This document shows, piece after piece, positions 45,897 through 56,024 of a DNA stretch of 64,000 bases. This DNA is from an uncultured Verrucomicrobiae bacterium (GTDB lineage Bacteria > Verrucomicrobiota > Verrucomicrobiia > Limisphaerales > J093): NCBI GenBank assembly GCA_963846445.1, contig CAWJWM010000015.1, positions 20,043 to 84,042 of the forward strand. The letters run 5' to 3'. The notes beneath the pieces were generated by a model that saw only the letters and a list, made by a program, of their open reading frames with translations, was not told the origin of the DNA and did no database searches. Numbering within the stretch: the stretch's first letter is position 1; every line of letters starts with the position of its first letter. The translations under genes and the position numbers were made by a program.

Positions 45897-48800
45897 TCAA
45901 TCCTTGCGCAATCCTTGCGCAATCCTTGCGCAAACCTGCCTCAGGACTGTCTGAAGTGCTGACGTGCTCAGAGGGTTGGCCCGTTCTCCGGCGATTCGAT
46001 CAATGGGAAGTGTTGCCTGAAAATACGTTGGTGGAGAATAACTTGGACCGTCAACCGGCACTTCTAAGCCCGTCAGCGCTGCCCTGCTAGTCATGACGTT
46101 CAACTGGAATGCAGGGAACGCCCCCGTGAAAGAGGCATAGGCAACCGTCACCGACCGGCGGTAGAGCATCTGTCCATTCAAACCCAGGCCGTTCGAGACC
46201 CAGGCGTCGGCGGCCGTCCCCGTCGGGTTGATGTGAGCCGTAAACCAGTACTTGACCCCAGCCGCCAGCGCCGGGCGAACCGTCGAACTCAGCCTCACCA
46301 GGCTCATCGTCGGCCCCGGCACCATGCACCAAGACTCGAGTACCGCGCCCGGTTTGCCGCCCGCATCGGCCGCGAGCGAGAAGGTCCGAAGCGTCGTGCT
46401 GCTCGCCGTTAACGACTTACGCGCGAAAGGCAATTCGACCGAATCCAGTGCCCCGCCTGCCGCCATGACGAAAGGCACCGCAATCTCGAGAGCCGCGCTG
46501 GGCCCGTAGGGAGTCCCTGGGTCGGCGATCCCCCAACTGGATGCCGCTGGGATCGCCCCTGCTGCGTCCAAGGTCGTGAAGCCGATCGTGAGACCATCCA
46601 CAGGCGCGTCCACGGTGATCGTTGTCTGCACGCTGTCCTGGGCCGCCGGAACGCAGTTGTCCGTCACCGTCAGTTTCACGGTGTAGACGCCTGCCGCGCT
46701 GAACGTGTGAGACGGTCGCGCTTCGGTGCTCGTCGTTCCGTCCCCAAAAGACCACTGGTACGCCACGATGGACCCGTCCGGGTCATACGAGTCGGCGCCC
46801 GAAAAGGCGACCGCAAGCGGCGCTGTGCCCGTCGTGGGAGCAGCGCTGATCTGCGCCACCGGTGCCTGGTTGGCCGGCGTCACCCCAGAATCGTCCACTT
46901 TGACCCGGAAAGCGGGAATCGCCCCCGTGAAAGAGGCGTAGGCGACCGTCACCGACCGGCGGTAGAGCATCGTTCCATTCAAACCCAAGCCGTTCGAGAC
47001 CCAGGCGTCGGCGGCTGTCCCCGTCGGGTTGATGTGAGCCGTAAACCAATACTTGGTCCCAGCGGCCAGCGCCGGGCGAACCGTCGAACTCAGCCTCGCC
47101 AGGCTTATTGTCAGCCCCGGCACCATGCTCCAGGACTCGAGCACCGCGCCCGGTTTGCCACCCGCATCGGCGGCCAGCGAGAAGGTCCGAAGCGTCGTGC
47201 TGCTCGCCGTTAACGACTTGCGCGCGAAAGGCAATTCGACTGAGTCAAGTGCCCCGCCTGCCGCCGTGACGAAGGGTACCGCAATCTCGAGAGCCGCGCT
47301 GGGCCCGTAGGGAGTCCCTGGGTCGGCGATCCCCCAACTGGATGCTAATGGAATACTGCCCGCCGCATCGAGAGTGGTGAAAGCCACGGTCACACCCACG
47401 ACCACCGGCGCATCCACGGTGATCGTTGTCTGCACGCTGTTCTGGGCAGCCGGAACGCCATTGTCCGTCACCGTCAGCTTCACCGTGAAGACGCCTGCTG
47501 CGCTGAACGTGTGAGTCGGTTCCGCCTCAGCGCTCGTCGTTCCGTCCCCAAAAGACCACTGGTAAGCCACGATGGACCCGTCCGGGTCATACGAGTCGGC
47601 GCCCGAAAAGGCGACCGCAAGCGGCGCTGTGCCCGTCGTGGGAGCAGCGCTGATCTGCGCCACCGGCGCCTGGTTGACCGGCGTGACCCCGGAATCGCCC
47701 ACCTTGACCCGGAACGCGGGAATCGCCCCCGTGAAAGAGGCGTAGGCATCGGTCACCGACCGGCGGTAGAGCATCAGTCCATTCAGATCCAATTCGTTCG
47801 AGACCCAGGCATCGGCGGCCGTCCCCGTCGGGTTGATGTGAGCCGTAAACCAGTACTTAACCCCAGCCGCCAGCGCCGGGCGAACCGTCGAACTCAACCT
47901 CACCAGGCTCATCGTCGGCCCCGGCACCATGCTCCAGGACTCGATCACCGGGCCCGGTTCGCCGCCTGCATCGGCGGCCAGCGAGAAGGTCCGAGGCGTC
48001 GTGCTGCTCGCCGTTAACGACTTCCGCGCGAGAGGCAATTCGACCGAATCCAGTGCCCCGCCTGCCGTCATGACGAAAGGCACCGCAAGCTCGAGAGCCG
48101 CGCTGGGCCCGTAGGGAGTCCCTGGGTCGGTGATCCCCCAACTGGCGGTCGCCGGGATGGTCCCTGCCGCGTCCAATGTCGTGAAGCCAATCGTCAGACC
48201 ATCCACAGGCGCGTCGACGGTGATCGTTGTCTGCACGCTGTTTTGGGCCGCCGGAACGCAGTTGTCCGTCACCGTCAGTTTCACGGTGTAGACGCCTGCC
48301 GCGTTGAACGTGTGAGTCGGTCGCGCTTCGGTGCTCGTCGTTCCGTCCCCAAAAGACCACTGGTAAGCCACGATGGACCCGTCCGGGTCATACGAGTCGG
48401 CGCCCGAAAAGGCGACCGCAAGCGGCGCTGTGCCCGTCGTGGGAGCAGCGCTGATCTGCGCCACCGGCGCCTGGTTGACCGGCGTGACCCCGGAATCGCC
48501 CACTTTGACCCGGAAAGCGGGAATCGCCCCCGTGAAAGAGGCGTAGGCGACCGTCACCGACCGGCGGTAGAGCATCGTCCAGTCAAACCCAAGCCGTTCG
48601 AGACCCAGGCGTCGGCGGCTGTCCCCGTCGGGTTGATGTGAGCCGTAAACCAGTACTTGACCCCAGCCGCCAGCGGCGGGCGAGCCGTCGAACTCAGCCT
48701 CACCAGGCTCATCGTCAGCCCCGGCACCATGCACCAAGACTCGAGCACCGCGCCCGGTTTGCCGCCTGCATCGGCCGCCAGCGAGAAGGTCCGAGGCGTG

Positions 48801-49870
48801 GTGCTGCTCGCCGTTAACGACTTGCGCGCGAAAGGCAATTCGACTGAATCGAGTGCCCCGCCTGCCGCCATGACGAAAGGCACCGCAATCTCGAGAGCCG
48901 CGCTGGGCCCGTAGGGAGTCCCTGGGTCGGCGATCCCCCAACTGGCCGTCGCCGGGATCGTCCCTGCCGCGTCCAACGTCGTGAAGCCGATCGTCAGACC
49001 ATCCACAGACGCGTCGACAGTGATCGTCGTCTGCACGCTGTCCTGGGCCGCCGGAACGCAGTTGTCCCTCACCGTCAATGCCACCGTGTAGACGCCTGCC
49101 GCGTTGAACGTGTGAGTCGGTCGCGCTTCGGTGCTCGTCGTTCCGTCCCCAAAAGACCACTGGTACGCCACGATGGACCCGTCCGGGTCATACGAGTCGG
49201 CGGCCGAAAAGGCGACCGCAAGCGGCGCCGTGCCCGTCGTGGGAGCAGCGCTGATCTGCGCCACCGGCGCCTGATTGACCGGCGTGACCCCAGAATCGCC
49301 CACTTTGACCCGGAAAGCGGGAATCGCCCCCGTGAAAGAGGCGTAGGCGACCGTCACCGACCGGCGGTAGAGCATCGTTCCAGTCAAACCCAGGCCGTTT
49401 GAGACCCAGGCGTCGGCGGCCGTCCCCGTCGGGTTGATGTGAGCCGTAAACCAGTACTTGGTCCCAGCCGCCAGCGCCGGGCGAACCGTCGAACTCAGCC
49501 TCACCAGGCTCATCGTCAGCCCTGGCACCATGCTCCAGGACTCGATGACCGCGCCCGGTTTGCCGCCCGCATCGGCGGCCAGCGAGAAGGTCCGAGGCGT
49601 GGTGCTGCTCGCCGTTAACGACTTGCGCGCGAAAGGCAATTCGACCGAATCCAGTGCCCCGCCTGCCGCCATGACGAAAGGCACCGCAATCTCGAGAGCC
49701 GCGCTGGGCCCGTAGGGAGTCCCTGGGTCGGCGATCCCCCAACTGGCGGTCGCCGGGATGGTCCCTGCCGCGTCCAACGTCGTGAAACCAACGACCAGAT
49801 CGGCGCTCAAGGTTGGGCTGAAAGCAGCAAAAGCTGCTAGCAGAGCAGAGGTTAGGCAAGCTCTAGTCAT
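45897..49870 (-). CDS. About 1,320-aa secreted repeat protein: 5 x (about 180-aa unknown beta-rich module) alternating with 4 PKD domains; one frame shift
   Basis: Signal peptide MTRACLTSALLAAFAAFSPTLSA. Repeats run GFTTLDAAGTIPATASWGIADPGTPYGPSAALEIAVPF...KYWFTAHINPTGTAADAWVSN...MLYRRSVTVAYASFTGAIPAFRVKV. PKD domains read APLAVAFSGADSYDPDGSIVAYQWSFGDGTTS...GVYTVKLTVTDN. ORFs 48554..49870 and 45897..49160 are joined by a 1-nt deletion at 48578 (CGTCCAG versus CGTTCCAG in the sister repeat at 49377). Confidence 0.85.
45904..45933. promoter_or_regulatory. Three phased copies of the palindrome TTGCGCAA (11-bp spacing) abutting a TTGACA-N18-TAGGAT promoter for the DUF11 gene
   Basis: TTGCGCAA occurs at 45904-11, 45915-22 and 45926-33. 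On the minus strand the array is followed by TTGACA (45900-45895), 18 nt, TAGGAT (45876-45871), then ATG at 45859. It overlaps the last codons of the upstream repeat-protein gene. Confidence 0.5.
46090..49800 (-). repeat. Coding tandem repeat, period about 801-804 bp, about 4.6 copies
   Basis: The landmark ...CGTCCAA(C/T)GTCGTGAA... recurs at 49771, 48970 and 48170, with diverged equivalents near 47365 and 46565. The copies are visibly near-identical over long stretches. Confidence 0.9.
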
Positions 49871-50038
49871 GATAATACGTCATTCTTTGTCAGCAGAGAA
49901 TAAGCGCAGCCTGGGAACGACAGATGAAAAGAGTCAAGCGTTAATTTGAATATTATTGGGACATTCTTCTTTGGCCAGGTGCATTTCGGGCTGCTTCCGG
50001 CGGCATTTCCTGCATTCATTTGTGCGAGTCGAGGCCGC

Positions 50039-50112
50039 TAGAATCCTTGACCGGTGAAACATGGTGGGGACAGGTCAAGTTTGTGTGCCGCGTTGATGGG
50101 TCAAGGATTCTA
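50039..50112. promoter_or_regulatory. 14-bp perfect inverted repeat TAGAATCCTTGACC-N46-GGTCAAGGATTCTA in a divergent intergenic region
   Basis: Arms at 50039-50052 and 50099-50112, with a third partial half-site (CAGGTCAAG) at about 50071. It lies between the repeat-protein gene start (49870) and the GNAT-like gene. Confidence 0.4.
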
Positions 50113-50180
50113 AGGAGCGAGGCGCGGGAGAGAAGGGCAGGAAAACGAAAGGGCCGTTCATGATGTCCAAGATTGGGATT

Positions 50181-50201
50181 TGGTCTCAGGCGCGCCTCGC
50201 T
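50181..50201. repeat. Solo copy of the 21-nt palindromic motif TGGTCTCAGGCGCGCCTCGCT
   Basis: Matches the boundary motif of the elements at 39379-39398, 39536-39556, 53573-53595 and 63978-64000. Confidence 0.6.
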
Positions 50202-50297
50202 TGGTGTGTCGTTGCGTTGTGAGGTCGTATCCAGTTATCGTCCTTTCCGCGGGCGGTGAGACCGTCCGGGAAACCGATTGGTTTTGCACCGTTGCTC

Positions 50298-51455
50298 ATG
50301 AGTCTGGCCATCGTTCCATTAGATCGTCGTTCCACCGACCTGGACCGTTTCATTCGGGTGTCGTACGGGATTTACGATGGGGACCCGCATTGGGTCGCGC
50401 CTCTCTGGTTCGATCTCAAGAAGGTCTTCACTGACGCCAACCCGTTGTTTGAGCACGCCGAGGTGCGCTTATGGGTGGCCCATAGAAATGGCCAGGACGT
50501 GGGTCGGATCGCCGGGATCATCGATCATTATTTCAATCAGGTGCAGCAGGGGCAGACTTTCTTCTTCGGGTTCTTCGAGTCAGTCAACGAACCGGCGGTG
50601 GCGGCTGGACTGCTCGACGCCGTGTGTGCCTGGGGGCGGTCCCAGGGACTCGACCGCCTGCTGGGGCCGATGAACCCCACCAGCAACGACGAGTGCGGGC
50701 TCTTGGTGGAAGGCTTCGACATGGACGCGGCGTTCATGATGCCCTACAATCCTCCGTACTACCCAGAACTCCTGAGCGGCCTGGGATTCCAGAAGGCCAA
50801 GGACCTTCTGGCCTATCTGATTGACATCTCGAAAAGCCCGCTCGACCGGTTGAACCGGTTGGCCAACAAGTGCCGAGAGCGAAATCCCGATCTCGTCTTT
50901 CGCTCGGTGACCAAGAAGAGCCTGCAAACCGATTTGGGCAAGATCAAGCAGGTCTACAACGCGGCTTGGGAGCAGAACTGGGGATTCACCCCGATGACAG
51001 ACCCGGAAATTGACTTTCTGGCGGCGCGGCTCAAGCCCCTGCTGGTCGAGGGATTGGTGCAACTGGCGGAGAGCCCCGTCGAGCCGGTCGGGTTCCTCCT
51101 GGCTGTGCCGGACTTCAACCAGGCGCTGAAGCCGCTCCGGGGCCGCCTCCTCACCCCGAGGCTCCCGGGTGTTGTTCCTTACCTGCTCGGACGCAAGGTT
51201 CCCACACTGTGCCGCGTGATCACGCTGGGGGTCAAAGCGGCCTACCGCGGACGCGGGCTCGAGTCGGTCATGCTGTCGGAGGGCTTGAGGACGGGATTTC
51301 GGCTGGGGTTCACTGCGGCCGAAGCGTCGTGGGTGCTCGAAGACAACGTCAAGATGCGACGCGTCATCGAATTGTTCGGGGCGTCGGTGTACAAGCGGTA
51401 CCGCCTCTATGAACGGGAGGCCATGAGCCGTGGCTCGATCAGGCCTGGCTCCTGA
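50298..51455 (+). CDS. GNAT-like acyltransferase of an uncharacterised roughly 385-aa family
   Basis: MSLAIVPLDRRSTDLDRFIRVSYGIYDGDPHWVAPL..., GPMNPTSNDECGLLVEGFD, YNPPYYPELL, and a C-terminal acyl-CoA-binding-like VITLGVKAAYRGRGLESVM. Confidence 0.6.
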   Translation: MSLAIVPLDRRSTDLDRFIRVSYGIYDGDPHWVAPLWFDLKKVFTDANPLFEHAEVRLWVAHRNGQDVGRIAGIIDHYFNQVQQGQTFFFGFFESVNEPAVAAGLLDAVCAWGRSQGLDRLLGPMNPTSNDECGLLVEGFDMDAAFMMPYNPPYYPELLSGLGFQKAKDLLAYLIDISKSPLDRLNRLANKCRERNPDLVFRSVTKKSLQTDLGKIKQVYNAAWEQNWGFTPMTDPEIDFLAARLKPLLVEGLVQLAESPVEPVGFLLAVPDFNQALKPLRGRLLTPRLPGVVPYLLGRKVPTLCRVITLGVKAAYRGRGLESVMLSEGLRTGFRLGFTAAEASWVLEDNVKMRRVIELFGASVYKRYRLYEREAMSRGSIRPGS

Positions 51456-51540
51456 AGTCCGCCTGGAAAAACGGTTGCGTGCGCTCCCGGTTGCGGCTCT
51501 GATCGTTCCCGGGCAACCCCCGGACTTGAAAAGGAACCGC

Positions 51541-53217
51541 ATGAAGACCAATCCCCGAATCGTGAACTGTCTGATGGGACTCTGGCTTGTGGGTGTCGCT
51601 GGCATGGCGGCGGATGCTCCCGCCGCAGTTACAGTCCCCGCGACATCCCCTCCTCATCTCGCCCGGCTGCAGTGGTGGCGCGAGGCTCGGTTCGGCATGT
51701 TCATCCACTGGGGACCGGTCAGTCTCAAGGGAACGGAGATTGGCTGGTCGCGGGGTGCCGAGGTTCCCACTGAACAATACGACCGGCTTTACCAGCAGTT
51801 CAATCCCGTCGAGTTCGACGCCGAGACATGGGCGCAGGTGGCGAAGCAGGCGGGCATGAAGTACGTCGTGTTCACCACGAAGCACCACGACGGCTTCTGC
51901 ATGTGGGACACGAAGCAGACGGACTTCAACGTCATGCGCTCGCCGTTCGCCCGGGACGTGGTCAAAGAACTGTCGGCCGCCTGTGGCCGTCACGACCTGG
52001 CGTTCGGCACCTATCATTCGGTCTGCGACTGGCATCACCCCGATTTTCCGCTGGGCAGTCCAGGCGGCCGCACCCGCAAGCCCAATCCCAACCTGGACCG
52101 CTACGAGACTTACTTGCGCAGCCAGATCACAGAGTTGATCCGGGGCTACGGCCCGCTCCTGGTCATGTGGTTTGACGTCCCGCAGGAGTTCGATCGCCGG
52201 CGCGGGCAGGGCTTGATCGACCTGGCTCGATCCCTCCAACCCGACATTCTCGTGAACAACCGCAGCGGCGCGCCGGGCGACTACGACACCCCCGAGCAAC
52301 AGGTCGGCGCCTTCCAAATGGACCGACCCTGGGAAACCTGCATGACCATCTGCGAGCAATGGGCCTGGAAACCGAACGACACCATGAAATCGCTCCAGCA
52401 ATGTCTGCAAACACTCGTCCGCTGCGCGGGCGGGGACGGCAACTTGCTGTTCAATGTGGGACCAATGCCGGATGGCCGGATCGAGCCGCGCCAGGTAGAG
52501 CGGCTTCGCGAAATGGGCGCGTGGCTGGCCCGCTACGGCGACACTCTCTACGGGACACGCGGCGGTCCGTGGAAGCCGACGAAGACCCTCGCCAGCACCC
52601 GCCGGGGAAACCAGGTGTTCGTGCACATCCTGCGTTGGGACGCCGATACCGTCACCCTGCCGAACCTGCCGAAGAAGATCACCGGCAGCTCGCTCCTGAC
52701 CCGAGGAGCCGTCCGTGTCACTCAGACCCCGGAGGGAATTTCCCTCACCGTGGCTCCCGCTGACCGGTCCGAGATCGACACCATCGTGTGCCTCGAACTG
52801 GACGGCCCCGCCCTGGATATCGCGCCGTTGAGCCTGCCCTCGGCCATTCAGGCCAGCGCGTCCGTGGTGTACCAGAACATGATGGAGTACGGCGCCCAGA
52901 GCGCCTTCGATGACGACCCGCACACGCGTTGGGCAACTGACGCCGGAACGAGATCCGCCTGGGTGACGCGCGATTATGGCCGGACGATCACATTCGATGG
53001 AGTGTCCATCCTGGAAGCCTACCCCGGCCGCGTTCAGCGTTTCGAGTTGCAGTGCAAGGAAGGCGACGCCTGGCGCACCATCTGCGCCGGCACAACCTTG
53101 GGAGAGAAGTTCGAACGTGCGTTTGCGCCCGCCACCGCTCGCGAGGTCCGGCTCAATATCCTGGACGCCAAGGAAGGCCCCACCATCTGGGAAATCCGGC
53201 TCAACGGGGTGCGCTAG
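51541..53217 (+). CDS. GH29 alpha-L-fucosidase with a C-terminal F5/8 type C (discoidin) domain
   Basis: Signal peptide, then WWREARFGMFIHWGPVS, KYVVFTTKHHDGFCMWDT, and a C-terminal DDDPHTRWATD...RFELQCKEGDAWRTI. The start was taken at MKTNPRIV (51541). Confidence 0.9.
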   Translation: MKTNPRIVNCLMGLWLVGVAGMAADAPAAVTVPATSPPHLARLQWWREARFGMFIHWGPVSLKGTEIGWSRGAEVPTEQYDRLYQQFNPVEFDAETWAQVAKQAGMKYVVFTTKHHDGFCMWDTKQTDFNVMRSPFARDVVKELSAACGRHDLAFGTYHSVCDWHHPDFPLGSPGGRTRKPNPNLDRYETYLRSQITELIRGYGPLLVMWFDVPQEFDRRRGQGLIDLARSLQPDILVNNRSGAPGDYDTPEQQVGAFQMDRPWETCMTICEQWAWKPNDTMKSLQQCLQTLVRCAGGDGNLLFNVGPMPDGRIEPRQVERLREMGAWLARYGDTLYGTRGGPWKPTKTLASTRRGNQVFVHILRWDADTVTLPNLPKKITGSSLLTRGAVRVTQTPEGISLTVAPADRSEIDTIVCLELDGPALDIAPLSLPSAIQASASVVYQNMMEYGAQSAFDDDPHTRWATDAGTRSAWVTRDYGRTITFDGVSILEAYPGRVQRFELQCKEGDAWRTICAGTTLGEKFERAFAPATAREVRLNILDAKEGPTIWEIRLNGVR

Positions 53218-53287
53218 CGCGCATTTCTCACCAGGTTTTGTGCAACGCGAAGCAGATGTCATCCGGAGAGGCAGCCATGCGCGCTAG
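53214..53287. other. Stem-loop, copy 1 (11-bp stem CTAGCGCGCAT/ATGCGCGCTAG, 52-nt loop starting TTCTCACCAGGTTTTGTG)
   Basis: Read directly; overlaps the fucosidase stop codon. It is homologous to the stem-loop at 59654-59724, with one compensatory base-pair change. Confidence 0.5.
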
Positions 53288-53449
53288 AAAAGCAAAACCG
53301 CGCCCGAGTGGATGGATGGAACCGGGCAACAGAGTGTCGCCGAGCCAGGGCGGCTTCGGGGATGCTCTGACCCTTGTTTTCCCCTGTCCGGGCGCGGTTC
53401 TGCCACAGCCCGGATTTCCGTGTCATCTTTCGGGTTAGAGTGACTCTCT

Positions 53450-53595
53450 TTTTGAAATCTGCTGCAATTGAGTCAAGGTCTTGCGCCGCGCAGCGGCGCC
53501 ACTTAGCGAGGCGTCGGGCGCCGGTGATCGTGGTGGACACCCAGCGGCTAGGAGTCGTTCACATGCCTCGGCGGTCTGAGGCGCAGCCTCGCTAA
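53450..53595. repeat. Palindromic intergenic element, copy B
   Basis: TTTGAAATCT...GAGTCAAGGTCTTGCGCCGCGCAGCGGCGCCACTTAGCGAGGCGTCGGGCGCCGGTGATCG...GGTCTGAGGCGCAGCCTCGCTAA. Its 93-bp unit with 10-bp terminal inverted repeats spans 53503-53595. Confidence 0.75.
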
Positions 53596-53768
53596 GCGGC
53601 CGCAAGCGCGTTGACCGCCCACGGCGAGTTTCCTCTCGGGTCCTCGACCGCATGCGCCGGAAGGTCTCGCTCGCCGCCCGCGGCCCGGCGACGTGTGCGC
53701 CATCGTCCAGGCTTGACGCTGTCGGGCGTCCGCTCTCATGCTGCGGAACGTTGCGTCGATCCGTTGCC

Positions 53769-55300
53769 ATGCGAGGCGTGTGGCTGGCGCTGGTCCTGGC
53801 CGGCTGCGGCGTTTTCAGGTGTCTCGGCGCCGAGGCGCCTGCCGAGCCTTTGGCCGCAGGACCGTTTTATCATCGCTTTCGGCTCACGCTCGAGCCGGGT
53901 GAGCGCACGGAGGCGTTCGGGCCGTTGTTCTACACCGAGGAAGTCTGGGCCCAATGGCCTGACGCACTGGGCCTGCTGGCCGTTCCCGAGGAGCCATTGG
54001 AAGTGCAGGAAGCCGCAGTGACGGTGGCGTTGCCGCCGGTGTTCTCGAGCCTGCACCGCCCCGGGGTCGAGGGATTCTCGTGGGACTTCCTGTATCCGCT
54101 TTTGACCTACGATCGTTATGGGCAGGAAACGCGGCTGCAACTGGGCCAATTGCTCGCCTTCGGGGGAGGCCAATCGCAGGACGGATCGACGTCGCGCGAG
54201 TTCTCCCTGTTCCCATTGATCTTCTTTCGGCGCGCAGACGATCCCGCCCAGAATCACAGCGCCGTGCTGCCCTTTACGGCCATATCCGGCAGCGCTTGTT
54301 CCGGGATGAATGGCGGGTGGTGCTCTGGCCCCTGTACGCCCAAAGCCGCAAGAAGGATGTGGTCACCGACAATTACCTGGTGCCCCTGCTGCATCGGCGC
54401 CATGGCGACGGTCTGCATGGCTGGCAGTTTTGGCCACTGATCGGCCACGAACGGAAAGAGACCACCTGGCGCACGAATCGCTGGGGCGATGTCCAACCGC
54501 TCTGGGCGCGCGAGGCGCTGTTTGTGATGTGGCCGCTGTTCTTTCACAACACCGTGGACATCGGCTCGACAAACCAGGTGCGCCAGCGTGTGTTCCTGCC
54601 CTTCTACAGCCTCCAGTTGTCGCCGGCCAAAGAGACGCGCACCTATTTGTGGCCGCTGGGCCCGACCCTGGTCCACGACCGCGCCGAAGGTTATCGGCAA
54701 GTGGGTCTGCCCTGGCCTTTGATCGTATTCGCGCGTGGCGAAGGCAAGACAACGGATCGCGTTTTTCCCTTCTACTCCCACACCCGCTATCGGAATGGCG
54801 AGACGACTTGGTACATGTGGCCGGTCCTCTGGAAGAGACAGGCGCGGACGGAAGCGCTCGTGCGCGATCTGACGCGCGTGGCGTTCTTTCTTTATACGGA
54901 CGTGACCGAGCGCAAGCCGGCCAGCGGCCAGACCGGGCGGCGGACAGACCTTTGGCCGCTGTTTGCGGCGCGGCGGGACTTCGAGGGCAACGAACGATTC
55001 CAATTGCTGGCCCCCATCGAGACGGTCCTGTCCGCCAACCCAAGCGTGGCGCGCAACTGGTCGCCCCTCTGGTCCCTGTGGCGCTCGGAGAAAAATGCGC
55101 GGACCGGGGCGCGCAGTCGTTCCCTGCTCTGGAATCTGTATCGGTCGGAAACGGCACCCGGCGTGAAAAAATGCTCGCTGCTGTTCGGCCTGATCCGGTA
55201 TCAAGCCGGCCCTGAGGGTGTCCAGTGGCGCTGGCTCGGCCTGGTCGGCGGCGGCTCCGCTCGAGGCACTCCGAAGGATCATGTTTCAGAACGCCGGTGA
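53769..55300 (+). CDS. Uncharacterised secreted repeat protein with about 10 W-P-L-type motifs; frame-shifted at a T-run
   Basis: Signal peptide MRGVWLALVLAGCGVFRCLGA. Recurring motifs: FLYPLLTY, FSLFPLIFF, VLWPLYA, FWPLIG, VMWPLFF, FLPFYS, YLWPLGP, LPWPLIVF, VFPFYS, MWPVLW, LWPLFA, WSPLWSLW and LLWNLY. ORFs 53652..54440 and 54080..55300 rejoin if TTT (54274-54276) is TTTT, giving LPFYGHIRQRLF. Confidence 0.7.
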
Positions 55301-56024
55301 AATGCTGATGTTGCTGTGGCGCACGGCTCGGGCTCTCCCCTGCACGTGGCGCCAGCAACGGAAAGTGTTCGATCAGTTGTTCGAGATCGGCAACTCGAGC
55401 CTGCTGATGGCCTGTTTGCTCTCGCTGTTTATTGGCGGCGTGCTCGCGCTCCAGACCGGCCCGGTGCTCGCCGAGCGCGGTCTGACCAACTTCATCGGCC
55501 AAATCGTCGGCCTTTCCATGTGCCGGGAGTTGGCGCCGACCATGATGGCGCTGTTGATCGCAGGACGGATCGGATCGTCGATGGCAGCCGAGATCGGTTC
55601 GATGACCGTCTATCAGGAAATCGACGCGCTGCGGACCATGAACATCAATCCGATCCACTATCTGGTGCTGCCGCGCATGGTGGCCATCAGCCTGGCGCTG
55701 CCGGTGCTGGTTGTCTTCTCGATTCTGGTGGGCTGGCTTGGGGGCGCCTTGGTGTCGGTCTACAACTACCAAATCGCCATCTCTGTCGAGGGCTATTTCA
55801 ACAGCCTGCGCGACGGAATCGGCCTGATCGATGTCATCAACGGCCTGCTGAAGAGCGCGGCCTTCGCGGTGGTCATCGGTTTGGTGTCGTGCCACCAGGG
55901 CTTGCACACCGTCGGGGGACCGCGGGGCATCGGACGTTCCGTGACCAAAGCGGTGGCGAACTCGATTATCCTGATCCTGATCCTCGATTATTTCCTCACG
56001 CGGTTGTTGATGCACCTCGACTGA
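55281..56024 (+). CDS. mlaE: MlaE-family ABC transporter permease
   Basis: MFQNAGEMLMLLWRTA..., QLFEIGNSSL, LSMCRELAPTMMALLIAGRIGSSMAAEIGSMTVYQEIDAL. Confidence 0.85.
   Translation: MFQNAGEMLMLLWRTARALPCTWRQQRKVFDQLFEIGNSSLLMACLLSLFIGGVLALQTGPVLAERGLTNFIGQIVGLSMCRELAPTMMALLIAGRIGSSMAAEIGSMTVYQEIDALRTMNINPIHYLVLPRMVAISLALPVLVVFSILVGWLGGALVSVYNYQIAISVEGYFNSLRDGIGLIDVINGLLKSAAFAVVIGLVSCHQGLHTVGGPRGIGRSVTKAVANSIILILILDYFLTRLLMHLD

Noticed and set aside
46090-49800. Regularly spaced repeats that might suggest a CRISPR array
   Set aside because: The period is about 801 bp rather than 60-75 bp. The repeats are in-frame coding sequence (PKD plus an unknown module) and there are no unique short spacers.
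39308-53540. Small ORFs inside repeat copies A and B sharing the peptide RRLAK-RRCAAQ(E/D)L(E/D)S---DFK(K/R) on the minus strand and SCAAQRR-LARRR...SEAQPR on the plus strand
   Set aside because: The conservation follows the DNA palindromes and hairpins and appears on both strands. Starts and lengths differ between copies and there is no RBS, so these are better explained as non-coding repeat elements.
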